From: Mycoplasma sp. CAG:472
GTDB lineage: Bacteria; Bacillota_I; Bacilli_A; RF39; UBA660
DNA length: 64,000 bases
NCBI GenBank assembly: GCA_000437315.1
Contig: FR899419.1
Coordinates: 16,156-80,155 of the forward strand
Reading direction: 5' to 3'
Numbering within the stretch: position 1 is the stretch's first letter; each line of letters starts with the position of its first letter. The notes beneath the pieces are model-generated. The model did not search any database and had not been told where the DNA came from. It worked only from the letters and a program-made list of their open reading frames with translations. The position numbers were made by a program, and so were the translations under genes. Positions 32,556 to 41,406 of this stretch are shown here, piece after piece.

Positions 32556-34274
32556 TTACATTCCCAAAGTATATGGACTCGCCATTGTTCCATCACCAGA
32601 AAGTTTGCTTACATTAGATTGTAGATACAAGACTGGCCTAACTGCATAACCGTCATACGCATTGCTGTAGTTGAGACCGCCGAAGTTATTGATGCGAACA
32701 GGGTTAGAAGAACTGAAGGCTGTCATAGTCCACTCATAACCTTGACCGAATAGCCAATTATTAACCATTTGACTATTAGCACTCGAATAACTCAAATTTC
32801 CTGTGTAACCACTTATAGCATAGCCAAAATCACTTGCATACATAAGTCCTATCGAAGTATTTTCTGAAGTTTGTTTAATTATCTCTTTGGCATAAAAATT
32901 ACTTGATGACAAACTATATGAACCAGCAATTCCAGTATTATAATAAACGCTTTCTACCATATTACCATAACTATCATTTTCATTAATGCCATTTTGTGAG
33001 TAATTACATACACCTTGAGTAGTTTGATAAGCATAACAGTATTTATCACAACCATCTTTTTTACCTAAATAACAAGAATTTAAAAGTCCTTGAACTGTAC
33101 TTCCAATCCACACTATAGGATTTGATGAACTATAATTTGATTTATTATAGGCAAAAGCTCCAATTGGGTCTGCTTTAATAATTTTTACTCTATTTTCCCA
33201 TTTAGTACACTGTGCTTCCCCTTGTTTAAATTCTATTCCATTAATAGTTGTATCCTCGGTTACTGGAGAAACTTCTAAACATACGGGTACATAACCTATT
33301 ATTCTCCATAATTGATTATTAAAGGATACATAGTTATTTGGATTATTACCTTGATATCTATATTGCTCAGTACCATTATCTGTTACTTTTGTTATTACTC
33401 CATCTCCTGAAGTACCTACACCTCCTGTTATAACACTTGATAAAAGTGTTCCTGTAGTATTTGTAGTTTTAGTAAGAGTTGCACTACCGCCATCATTAAC
33501 TTCATTTTTAATAGATATCATTCTATTAATATTATTCCATTCTATATTCGAAGAAGTTATACCATTTAAATTAGATAATGAATAATTACTATTAGGATTA
33601 TTATATGGTAAATCTGTTACATTTATATTTATTTGATTAATAGCCTCTGTTTGATAACATGTTACATTAGCTACTTTAAATGTACCTTTATAAGTTTTAT
33701 TTATTAAATTAGATTGATCAAATGCTAAATTATAAAATTTTGTATTTATTGTCCAATTATGTAATGAAGGACTACCTTTTTTAGAATTAGATATTTTAGC
33801 ATTTTTTACAACAGTCATATTTGCAGAAGGAAAATCATCTTCACTCATAAATTCATTATTACCTACTTCAGGTCCTATTACTTGTAATGTAAATTCTTTA
33901 AAAGTACCTGCTGTTTTAGAGGTATATTTATCTGATGAACTATCATAATTAAATATAATATCATAAGTACATGTTACTCCTGTTTTAGTGGTATTTGCAT
34001 CTAAACTTACATTTAATGTACTTGTATTACTTGCTATATAAGTAGTACTAGTTTCCTCAGTCATATTATAAGGATCCACTGTTATAGAAAAATTTGTTGT
34101 ATTGGTATCAAGTACTGCATTATCTATTTTATTTGCAGTTATATTTACATTCATAACATTATTTAAATCAATATTAAATATACCTAAATATCCAAAAGAT
34201 ATTGCTATAGCAAGTATTAAAGTAACTGCTATTGATATTATAATAATCTTCTTTTTATTTTCTATCTTTTTCAT
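32556..34274 (-). CDS. DGR target protein 2: SipW-signal surface protein with a C-terminal variable region (572 aa)
   Basis: N-terminus ...AIAISFGYLGIFN, central module RYQGNNPNNYVSFNNQLWRIIG, C-terminus WTMTAFSSSNPVRINNFGGLNYSNAYDGYAVRPVLYLQSNVSKLSGDGTMASPY. VR2 lies at 32640-32720. Confidence 0.8.
   Translation of the reverse strand: MKKIENKKKIIIISIAVTLILAIAISFGYLGIFNIDLNNVMNVNITANKIDNAVLDTNTTNFSITVDPYNMTEETSTTYIASNTSTLNVSLDANTTKTGVTCTYDIIFNYDSSSDKYTSKTAGTFKEFTLQVIGPEVGNNEFMSEDDFPSANMTVVKNAKISNSKKGSPSLHNWTINTKFYNLAFDQSNLINKTYKGTFKVANVTCYQTEAINQININVTDLPYNNPNSNYSLSNLNGITSSNIEWNNINRMISIKNEVNDGGSATLTKTTNTTGTLLSSVITGGVGTSGDGVITKVTDNGTEQYRYQGNNPNNYVSFNNQLWRIIGYVPVCLEVSPVTEDTTINGIEFKQGEAQCTKWENRVKIIKADPIGAFAYNKSNYSSSNPIVWIGSTVQGLLNSCYLGKKDGCDKYCYAYQTTQGVCNYSQNGINENDSYGNMVESVYYNTGIAGSYSLSSSNFYAKEIIKQTSENTSIGLMYASDFGYAISGYTGNLSYSSANSQMVNNWLFGQGYEWTMTAFSSSNPVRINNFGGLNYSNAYDGYAVRPVLYLQSNVSKLSGDGTMASPYTLGM
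32640..32720 (-). repeat. DGR variable repeat VR2
   Basis: Aligns with the TR at 30527-30607. 12 mismatches fall at TR adenines (coding sense) and one does not (32693). Confidence 0.9.
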
Positions 34275-34547
34275 ATAATTACTTTCCTATCTTTACTAAT
34301 TTATCATACCATAATAAAACTACTTTTCCAAGTAGTTAAGTTATAAAAATTTAAATTTTAGTAGTTAAATGAACAAATAATTAAAATTGAAATATATTTT
34401 ATTGTTTTAACTCCCTTAATATTTTTTCTTAATTTTATCTATATCAGTAAAAAATAAATTAGTTCCCCTTTGTTTTAAACTTATCATATTCTTAAATAAA
34501 CTTTTTATTTTGAACTTATTTGTATAAACCATAAAATGTCTTTATCA

Positions 34548-34649
34548 TTAACAGTAAAATAAGTTTCTTTTGTGATTTTTCATTAAAGTATCATTATCTA
34601 CAATATCAAAATACTCATCTTTTATATGATATAAATAACCTTTTTTAAT
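34548..34649 (-). pseudogene. Possible degraded ToxN/AbiQ-family toxin N-terminal stub
   Basis: The frame after the terminator reads (I)KKGYLYHIKDEYFDIVDNDTLMKNHKRNLFYC then two stops. It resembles the FY.v...Y..fl...D..v start of ToxN/AbiQ toxins. No ATG, and the rest of the gene is missing. Confidence 0.3.
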
Positions 34650-34674
34650 TTTCTAACGTGTCGCCTCCACTCGC

Positions 34675-34827
34675 AAAAGAAAACCTCATCTTGCGATGAA
34701 GTTATCTAATATTTTCAACCAGGATCATTTATTAGTCGCACCACCTGGAAGCGAAAAACATTGTCGACTGGAATCATTTATAAGCCGCACCATCCATAAG
34801 CGGCTAAACATTTTCACACTTTTAAGT
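34675..34827 (-). ncRNA. Candidate type III antitoxin-like RNA: two pseudoknot repeat units + terminator
   Basis: TTGATA-17-TATATA promoter (34862-34834). Unit 1 (34804-34768) and unit 2 (34755-34719) are 37-nt repeats with a 49-nt period. Compensatory changes occur in both the hairpin stem and the loop-to-tail pairing. These are followed by CTTCATC-GCAA-GATGAGG and TTTTCTTTT. Confidence 0.5.
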
Positions 34828-35215
34828 GCAATATATATACTACATTTATGTAAAAATATCAACTAATAACAAGTTTTATTATAGTGTATATTATAGTATA
34901 TTTATTAAAATATATTGTGAACAGCTCTAAACTCTTGTGAATGCGCCAATTCAAACGAATTGGTGCTATATATAATTAAAATTATATATTATAATTTTAA
35001 AATATAATTACCTAGCCTATCACATTTTGTTTTGAAATTTTAATATAATGGATCACTTCTTAATTTTAATTTAGTTAGTTACAATTTGTAACCATCTTAT
35101 TTTTTTTATCTATGTTTTAATAGCTTTTATTCAAATATTTTTTACTTTGCTTCAATTTCTAATTCATCTTTATATTCATAATTTAGTCTGTTTTGTTTAG
35201 TAATTACACTTTCTC

Positions 35216-35815
35216 CTAAATTTTTTCTATGTTCTCTTTTGCAATTTTTGCTGTCATACCAGACCATTCTTTATAGATTTCATTAGTTAGTATAGCATAT
35301 TCTTTTCCATCAGTTATACCACCATCTTGCCAAACATCAGTTAATTGTTTTCTATCTTGAATTCCTTTTAATCTTTTTGCAATCCATTTTTCATCATAAC
35401 CTTTAGCACGATATATATCTACAGCTCTTTGAGCAGCAATAGATGGATCAAATACTTCATCAATTCTTTCACTTCCAAGTTTTGCAAGCCATTGTTTTAT
35501 TGGCTCAGCATTCTTACTAGGAATAGATTCAATTATTCTAAACATTTCTTCAATATCACATACATCTGTAAGTCGATATTTACCATCTTGAGACTTTAAT
35601 TTCAACTGTCCGATTTTTTCGGACACTTCATTTCCCTCTTGTTTTAGTTTATTTTTTAGGTCGCTCCAATATTTTCGTGGTCTATCACTTTCTGATATTA
35701 CCCCAACTATATCAACAACACTAATATAATATTTTTCTTTTTCCTTATCCCATACAGTTCTTATTGTTTCATTATTAAAAATTTTATTAATTAAATGCAT
35801 TTTATCTTGATTCAT
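35216..35815 (-). CDS. Bro-N/antirepressor-like (DinD-like) protein, probably C-terminally truncated
   Basis: FNNETIRTVWDKEKEKYYISVVDIVGVISESDRPRKYWSDLK is a Bro-N-type N-terminus. The protein ends abruptly after EWSGMTAK, where homologues as I recall them continue. Confidence 0.55.
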   Translation of the reverse strand: MNQDKMHLINKIFNNETIRTVWDKEKEKYYISVVDIVGVISESDRPRKYWSDLKNKLKQEGNEVSEKIGQLKLKSQDGKYRLTDVCDIEEMFRIIESIPSKNAEPIKQWLAKLGSERIDEVFDPSIAAQRAVDIYRAKGYDEKWIAKRLKGIQDRKQLTDVWQDGGITDGKEYAILTNEIYKEWSGMTAKIAKENIEKI

Positions 35816-35856
35816 TTTTAACCTCCCATTTCTTTTAGAATTTAGATAATTTTTAT

Positions 35857-36480
35857 TTACGACAGCAAATCAATATAATTCATTACCACCTTCTTTATAC
35901 CAAACTTTTCAGCATATAAATATAGTTTAACAAAATCTTTGTCTTTTCTTTTTATATACTTTTTTAAACAACTTTTAACTAGGTTAAAGTCCATTCTATT
36001 TTTAGATCTAATAATATCACATATACATCTTTCAATATCATATACTTTTATTTTATTACCCATAGGTGTTTCTATTTCAGTAAGACCAAGTTCATAAATA
36101 TCATTATTTACATAAAATACATTATGTTTTCTTAAATGAGCACTATTATAACTTTTTTTTACTGTTATGTCATACACACAATTTGGTGATTTTGTAGATA
36201 AACCATGAAAATATAAAGCAGTCATATGTGAAAATATTGCATTAGGCATACTTAATCCAAAAATATAATAATTATCTTTTTTAATATTAACATCAATATA
36301 AATACCTGGTGCAACTTTTTTTATAATACCCTTATCTTGCATAATTGATAGATACATTCTATGTAAATCAAACATATCAAGTTCTTTAGAAGTAATATAT
36401 CCTTTATTTTTTTTCATAAGTTCTTTAATAATTTCAATATTACTTTTATCTTGAAATTCTTTCATAGTTATTTTTTCCAT
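35857..36480 (-). CDS. AbiEi-family type IV TA antitoxin-like transcriptional regulator (orphan)
   Basis: N-terminal wHTH GYITSKELDMFDLHRMYLSIMQDKGIIKKVAPGIYI is typical of AbiEi_4. No AbiEii nucleotidyltransferase gene follows. Confidence 0.6.
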   Translation of the reverse strand: MEKITMKEFQDKSNIEIIKELMKKNKGYITSKELDMFDLHRMYLSIMQDKGIIKKVAPGIYIDVNIKKDNYYIFGLSMPNAIFSHMTALYFHGLSTKSPNCVYDITVKKSYNSAHLRKHNVFYVNNDIYELGLTEIETPMGNKIKVYDIERCICDIIRSKNRMDFNLVKSCLKKYIKRKDKDFVKLYLYAEKFGIKKVVMNYIDLLS

Positions 36481-36604
36481 TTAATATCACCTTTGACTTT
36501 CTTACTACCAATATAACATTATCAAGTGATTAAGTCAATAGTATATTTTGCATACTATTTCAAAATAAGAATAAATATTTTAAACTAAAACAAAAATTTT
36601 TCAA

Positions 36605-36630
36605 ATAAAAAAAGCAGAAATTAATCTGCT
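36605..36630 (-). terminator. Rho-independent terminator after tig
   Basis: Minus strand GAGCAGATTAATTTCTGC followed by TTTTTTTAT. Confidence 0.7.
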
Positions 36631-36644
36631 CAAAAGTTAATATA

Positions 36645-37892
36645 CTAATTATTTTCTTTAATAATTTCTAATGCTTTATGCATTGTCATATCATATTTAA
36701 CTACATCAATAGTTCCATATGCTTTAATTAATTCATCAACTGTAATACCATAGTTTTCAGCCATTTCTTTTGCTTTAGCATCAACTTCTTCTTTAGTAAA
36801 GTCAATATTTTCTTTTTTAGCAACTTCTTCGATTAAATAACGACATTTAACTCTTTTTGTAGCTTCACCTTCCATTTTTTTATGAAGTCCTTCTTCAGTA
36901 TCACCAGTAAGTTCAAAATATTTATTCATATCTAAACCTTGCATTTTAAGTTGTCTTTCATATTCGTGGATCATTCTATGAATTTCATCATCAACGATTT
37001 CTTCGTTAAGTTCAATTTTCATATTTTCCATTGCTTTATCTAAAACTTTATCTAAATGAATATCATCAAGTTTAGCTTGTTCTTCTTTTTGAAGTTCATC
37101 TTTTACTTTATTTTCTAATTCTTCTTTAGTTTTGATATCTTCATATCCTAAATCTTTAAAGAATTCTTCATTAATTTCTGGTAAAACTCTTACTTTTACT
37201 TCATTAACTTTTACTTCGAATACTACATCTTTTCCTTTAAGATTTTCTACATAATCCTCAGGGAATTTAAGATTTAAAGTAACGATATCACCAGTTTTAT
37301 GACCAACTAAGCCTTCCTCAAAACCTGGAATAAATGAATGAGTTCCAATCTCAAGTGAATAATTTTCAGCACTTCCACCCTCTAAAGGCTCTCCATCAAC
37401 AGTTCCTTTAAAATCAATTACTACAGTATTACCTTCTTCAATAATACCATCTTCTTTAACAATTAAATCAGCAAATTTATCTTGCAATTTTTTAATTTCT
37501 TCATCAATTTCTTTTTTACTTACTTTAGCTTCTTCTTTTTTAATTCCTAAATTTTTATAATCTCCTAAAGTAATTTCTGGTTTAGTTATAATAGTAAATT
37601 TAAATTCTATTTCTTTTGCAGAAATATTTTTAATATCTACTTTTGGTTCAATAACTGGATTAATATCTTTATTATCCTCTAAAGCTTTTTTATAACCAAC
37701 TGCTACTGCTTCATCAACAGCATCCATATAAAGACTTTCAATACCAAATCTTTTGATAAATATATCTTTTGGACAAGCTCCCTTTCTAAAACCGTCTACT
37801 TTAGTTTCCTTAACTTTTTTCTTAAATGCATCATCTAAGCATTTTTCCCATTCAGTAGTAAGTTTAATTTCAATTTCATGTACATTTTTCAT
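36645..37892 (-). CDS. tig: Trigger factor
   Basis: N-terminal ribosome-binding motif GFRKG, central FKBP-type PPIase segment (VVIDFKGTVDGEPLEGGSAENYSLEIGTHSFIPGFEEGLVG). Length 415 aa. Confidence 0.95.
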   Translation of the reverse strand: MKNVHEIEIKLTTEWEKCLDDAFKKKVKETKVDGFRKGACPKDIFIKRFGIESLYMDAVDEAVAVGYKKALEDNKDINPVIEPKVDIKNISAKEIEFKFTIITKPEITLGDYKNLGIKKEEAKVSKKEIDEEIKKLQDKFADLIVKEDGIIEEGNTVVIDFKGTVDGEPLEGGSAENYSLEIGTHSFIPGFEEGLVGHKTGDIVTLNLKFPEDYVENLKGKDVVFEVKVNEVKVRVLPEINEEFFKDLGYEDIKTKEELENKVKDELQKEEQAKLDDIHLDKVLDKAMENMKIELNEEIVDDEIHRMIHEYERQLKMQGLDMNKYFELTGDTEEGLHKKMEGEATKRVKCRYLIEEVAKKENIDFTKEEVDAKAKEMAENYGITVDELIKAYGTIDVVKYDMTMHKALEIIKENN

Positions 37893-37957
37893 TTATATTT
37901 CTCTCCTTTTTTCTTTCCATATTATATAATAAATAAACTCTTTTTACAAGAACAATC

Positions 37958-38809
37958 TCATCTTCGTGGCATATTTTTGAGATATTCACTTTTAATATAA
38001 TCATCAGTTATATGTGTATATATTTCTGTTGAGGATAATGATGCATGTCCTAAAAGTTCTTGGACGCTTTTTAAAGGACATCCATTTGAAAGCATGTGTG
38101 TAGCAAAAGTATGTCTAAATGTATGTGGTGAAACATGAACTTTTAAACATGCTTTATCTATAACATTTTTTATTATAAGTTCAATTCCCCTTACAGTAAT
38201 TTCTTTCCCTTTATTATTAAGAACTAAATAATCATTATTAAAACCTCTGTTTTCCAAATATTTATTTATAGCTATAAGTGAATGATTATTAAAAAATACT
38301 ATTCTTTCTTTACTACCTTTTCCCATTACTTTAATACTTTTTTCACTAAAATTTATATCTTTTATTTTAATATTTTTTAGTTCACTAACTCTTATTCCAG
38401 TTGCATATAATAGTTCTATAATCATTTTATTTCTAATAGATAAAGTGTCTGTTTCTTCGATTGAATCAATTACTTTTCTAATATCTTCATAATTTAAAAA
38501 AGTTGGTAATTTTTTTTCTAATTTAGGATTACTAATTAATTTAAAATAATTTACTTCAATCATTTTATTATCTAATAAATAGTTATAAAAACATCTTAAT
38601 GAGCTTAATATAGCACTTATACTTTTATTAGATAAATTATCTATTTTTTTTAAATAATCTATTATTATATCTTTATTAATATTTAAATAATCTATTTTAT
38701 TTTCATCACAATAAAATAGAAATTCTTTTACATGAATTATATATTCTTTTATTGTATAATTTGAATAATTAAGTTCATATTTTAAATATTCTTCATATCT
38801 TTCTATCAT
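37958..38809 (-). CDS. Tyrosine recombinase, XerC/XerD-like
   Basis: N-terminal SAM-like core-binding domain. Catalytic ATGIRVSEL (Arg), HTFRHTFATHML (H-x-x-R), LGHASLSSTEIYTH (His/Tyr). Confidence 0.85.
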   Translation of the reverse strand: MIERYEEYLKYELNYSNYTIKEYIIHVKEFLFYCDENKIDYLNINKDIIIDYLKKIDNLSNKSISAILSSLRCFYNYLLDNKMIEVNYFKLISNPKLEKKLPTFLNYEDIRKVIDSIEETDTLSIRNKMIIELLYATGIRVSELKNIKIKDINFSEKSIKVMGKGSKERIVFFNNHSLIAINKYLENRGFNNDYLVLNNKGKEITVRGIELIIKNVIDKACLKVHVSPHTFRHTFATHMLSNGCPLKSVQELLGHASLSSTEIYTHITDDYIKSEYLKNMPRR

Positions 38810-39386
38810 ATCTTATCCTTTACCACTATATTATATAAAATATAATGATTTATTTCAATTAATATTTTAGTTTGAAAACTTAGGAATACTTTTAAATACT
38901 ACCTTTATATTTTTTTAACCACAGAAAAAGATGCTTTTGCATTTTAACAAAATTTATATAACTAAAATATTAATAGTAAAAAGAATTAAAATAACCAAAA
39001 CCTTTTTTACCTTAATTACAATTTTGAATATCAATTATTTATCAAAGCACGATTGTTCAATGGACTCAACCCACATTTAATTTTAAAAATATTTTCAACT
39101 TTTGTGAGCTTACAAAAAAGATTATAAAAAAATTTAACTATATAAAAAATGATATTAAAATGAGAATCTTAATATCAATCTATCAAAAATTTAAAAACTA
39201 TTTTACAATATACTCATACAATTTATATATTTTAATTTTCAATTATAGTAATTCACAATGTACATAAATTCTTTTCACGCCTAATCTTAAAACTAATTTT
39301 AATAAATTATAAACTTAAATTTGAATTTTTTTATTATTATCAAATTAAATCTTTCAGTTCAAATATTTTTCTAATAACATAAGAAC

Positions 39387-41162
39387 CTATTCAATCACAA
39401 ACGGTGAAGTATAACTGCCATCTCCAGAAACATATTCAATATTTGGTTTCAATGATACAGCAGGTTTTACACCAAATGGAATGGTACTATCCTGTGAACT
39501 AATTGAATCATTCCATAATGCTTTAATTAAATTATATGGCTGATATGTTGAAGCACTATTTGGACTAATAGTCCAAAAGTCATTTCCATTTAAATAACTA
39601 TCTTTAACATCTACATCTTTATTTGCAAGCATAACCTCACTTAAAGACAACATTGCTATAGGATAAATCAATTTAGCTTTTACATTTTTCATACTAAATC
39701 TATCAGTTTCATTAGCACATGCTAAACTATAATTATATGTATTAAAATCAACACTTACATTTGTTCCAGTGGTTACACTTTCATTAGTATCAAAAAAACC
39801 CTTTGATTTAATTGTTCTATTATTGCAAAAAACAGTATCCTCAAGTTTTTCTTCATAATTTTTTAAATTGTTTTTATACCAATTATCTATATATGCTTTA
39901 ACTGTACTATCGTATTTGTTTACATCGTCTGCATACAGCATTTCATTTAAGGCATCGTCCACAGATTTGCCTCCAGTTAAAGATATATAATATGCTCCAC
40001 CATTATTAGCTAATAAAACATAATAAATAGATTCACAAGTTGTGCTAGAATTAAAGCAAGTGTAATGTGTATTATTTATTGTATTATATTCATTCGACCA
40101 ATCATTTATAGTTTTGGTGTTATTTAGTGTATAAGTACCATTGGTATAAGTAAATGATTTTCCCAAAACTACACTTGACTCTGATGATAAATTTTTAATA
40201 GAATATGTATAAACTGTATTATACATGTACCCAACATATGCTGGAGAATTAGAGCTACTATTAAAGGCACTTCTTCCTATTTGCGAATCCGTTCCAGTGT
40301 TATTACAAGAACCATCTTTTTGTACACCATTATATACTATTTTTACTCCACCAGTTTCTGTTGTTCTTACTATCTTCCAACAAAAACCACCAAATAATAA
40401 ATTATTATTTTGGGCAGCACCATGATAATAGTATATACTATTATCATAAGTAGTATTATCACCGTATTCAGTTGGATTATACAATTTAACATGTTCATCA
40501 CCATTTTCATATTTATTACTAATAGTTTGATAAAGTCGCAAATCAAAAGTATTTGTTCCACTTCCTAATGTTAAATAAGCATTTAAAGATTTGTTCATAG
40601 TGGAGCCATTACCTAAACTTCCTTCATCTTTATCTATCCATAAATATAAATTATATGTTTTAGTTCCAGAACTAACTGTTCCACTTCCTACACTAAATCC
40701 ATTTTTTAATGTTTCATTTTTAATAGCTAATAATTGTTTTTGAATAGTACTATCTAATAAATATTCATTTGATATAAGTGTTCCAGTTGTTGGAGTAACT
40801 CCTTCCTCAACTAAAGCATATTTTAATGCTTTAATTGGCATTGTATTAGAACTATTTGGTACAAGAAGTAAATTAAATGATTGACTAGTATTACAATTAT
40901 TTGTTATAGTAACTGAAGTTTTATATGTATTAGAACTTAATGCTTTTTTATCAGATATAGGTACAGCATATTCATTAGATATTGTAATATTATCTGAGGA
41001 TAACTGAAGTGACATACAAAGTGCTGCCCCATTTATTGTAACATTAGTATTTGCATTATTATTAGAACTAGTAACCTTAAAAAATGCGTAAGAAATAGAT
41101 ATTCCTGTACACATTACAAGTAATATTAAAATTGCTGTTAATGTTTTTTTATTACTATTCAT
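39387..41162 (-). CDS. Surface protein paralogue with SipW-type signal peptide (591 aa), not DGR-targeted
   Basis: N-terminus ...CTGISISYAFFKV (cf. the TasA/camelysin GGTYAYFSD class). Central FCWKIVRTTETGGVKIVYNG and AYVGYMY. C-terminus FGVKPAVSLKPNIEYVSGDGSYTSPF. No TR-like sequence. Confidence 0.7.
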   Translation of the reverse strand: MNSNKKTLTAILILLVMCTGISISYAFFKVTSSNNNANTNVTINGAALCMSLQLSSDNITISNEYAVPISDKKALSSNTYKTSVTITNNCNTSQSFNLLLVPNSSNTMPIKALKYALVEEGVTPTTGTLISNEYLLDSTIQKQLLAIKNETLKNGFSVGSGTVSSGTKTYNLYLWIDKDEGSLGNGSTMNKSLNAYLTLGSGTNTFDLRLYQTISNKYENGDEHVKLYNPTEYGDNTTYDNSIYYYHGAAQNNNLLFGGFCWKIVRTTETGGVKIVYNGVQKDGSCNNTGTDSQIGRSAFNSSSNSPAYVGYMYNTVYTYSIKNLSSESSVVLGKSFTYTNGTYTLNNTKTINDWSNEYNTINNTHYTCFNSSTTCESIYYVLLANNGGAYYISLTGGKSVDDALNEMLYADDVNKYDSTVKAYIDNWYKNNLKNYEEKLEDTVFCNNRTIKSKGFFDTNESVTTGTNVSVDFNTYNYSLACANETDRFSMKNVKAKLIYPIAMLSLSEVMLANKDVDVKDSYLNGNDFWTISPNSASTYQPYNLIKALWNDSISSQDSTIPFGVKPAVSLKPNIEYVSGDGSYTSPFVIE

Positions 41163-41406
41163 ATAAACCTTCTTTCATGTTATATAATTTAAAAATTATA
41201 CTTAATAATTATTTTTATTAACTATGTAAATAATATAGGTAAACAAATGATTAAATTAACTATCTATTTACTATCTACCTTACGATAAAATCTTAGCATA
41301 TTTTAATCTAAATTTCAATAATTTGCGAAAATTAATTGAATAAAAAAGTTATAAAATTTATTTTTTATAATTTAATGAAAAGGATGATAAATTTTTACCA
41401 TCCTTT

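Larger units (their letters stand above)
28955..34274 (-). mobile_element. Diversity-generating retroelement cassette: target2(VR2)-msl-avd-RT-TR-spacer-ORF89-target1(VR1)
   Basis: Sum of the component features above. Confidence 0.85.

Noticed and set aside
34719-34804. The two 37-nt repeats as a CRISPR array or a transposon end.
   Set aside because: There are only two copies, with a 12-13-nt gap rather than 30-40-nt unique spacers. No cas or transposase genes are nearby. The differences between copies are compensatory within a stem/pseudoknot, which points to a structured RNA.
38810-39386. The 577-nt AT-rich gap between the Xer-like recombinase and the surface-protein paralogue as an invertible promoter switch.
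   Set aside because: I could find only short (8-bp or less) AT-rich inverted repeats, which are expected by chance at this composition. All paralogues are co-oriented. There is no support beyond the adjacency.
40370-40561. Minus-strand 63-aa track ORF inside the 591-aa surface-protein gene.
   Set aside because: It is an alternative frame of a longer, paralogue-supported CDS. There is no independent support.
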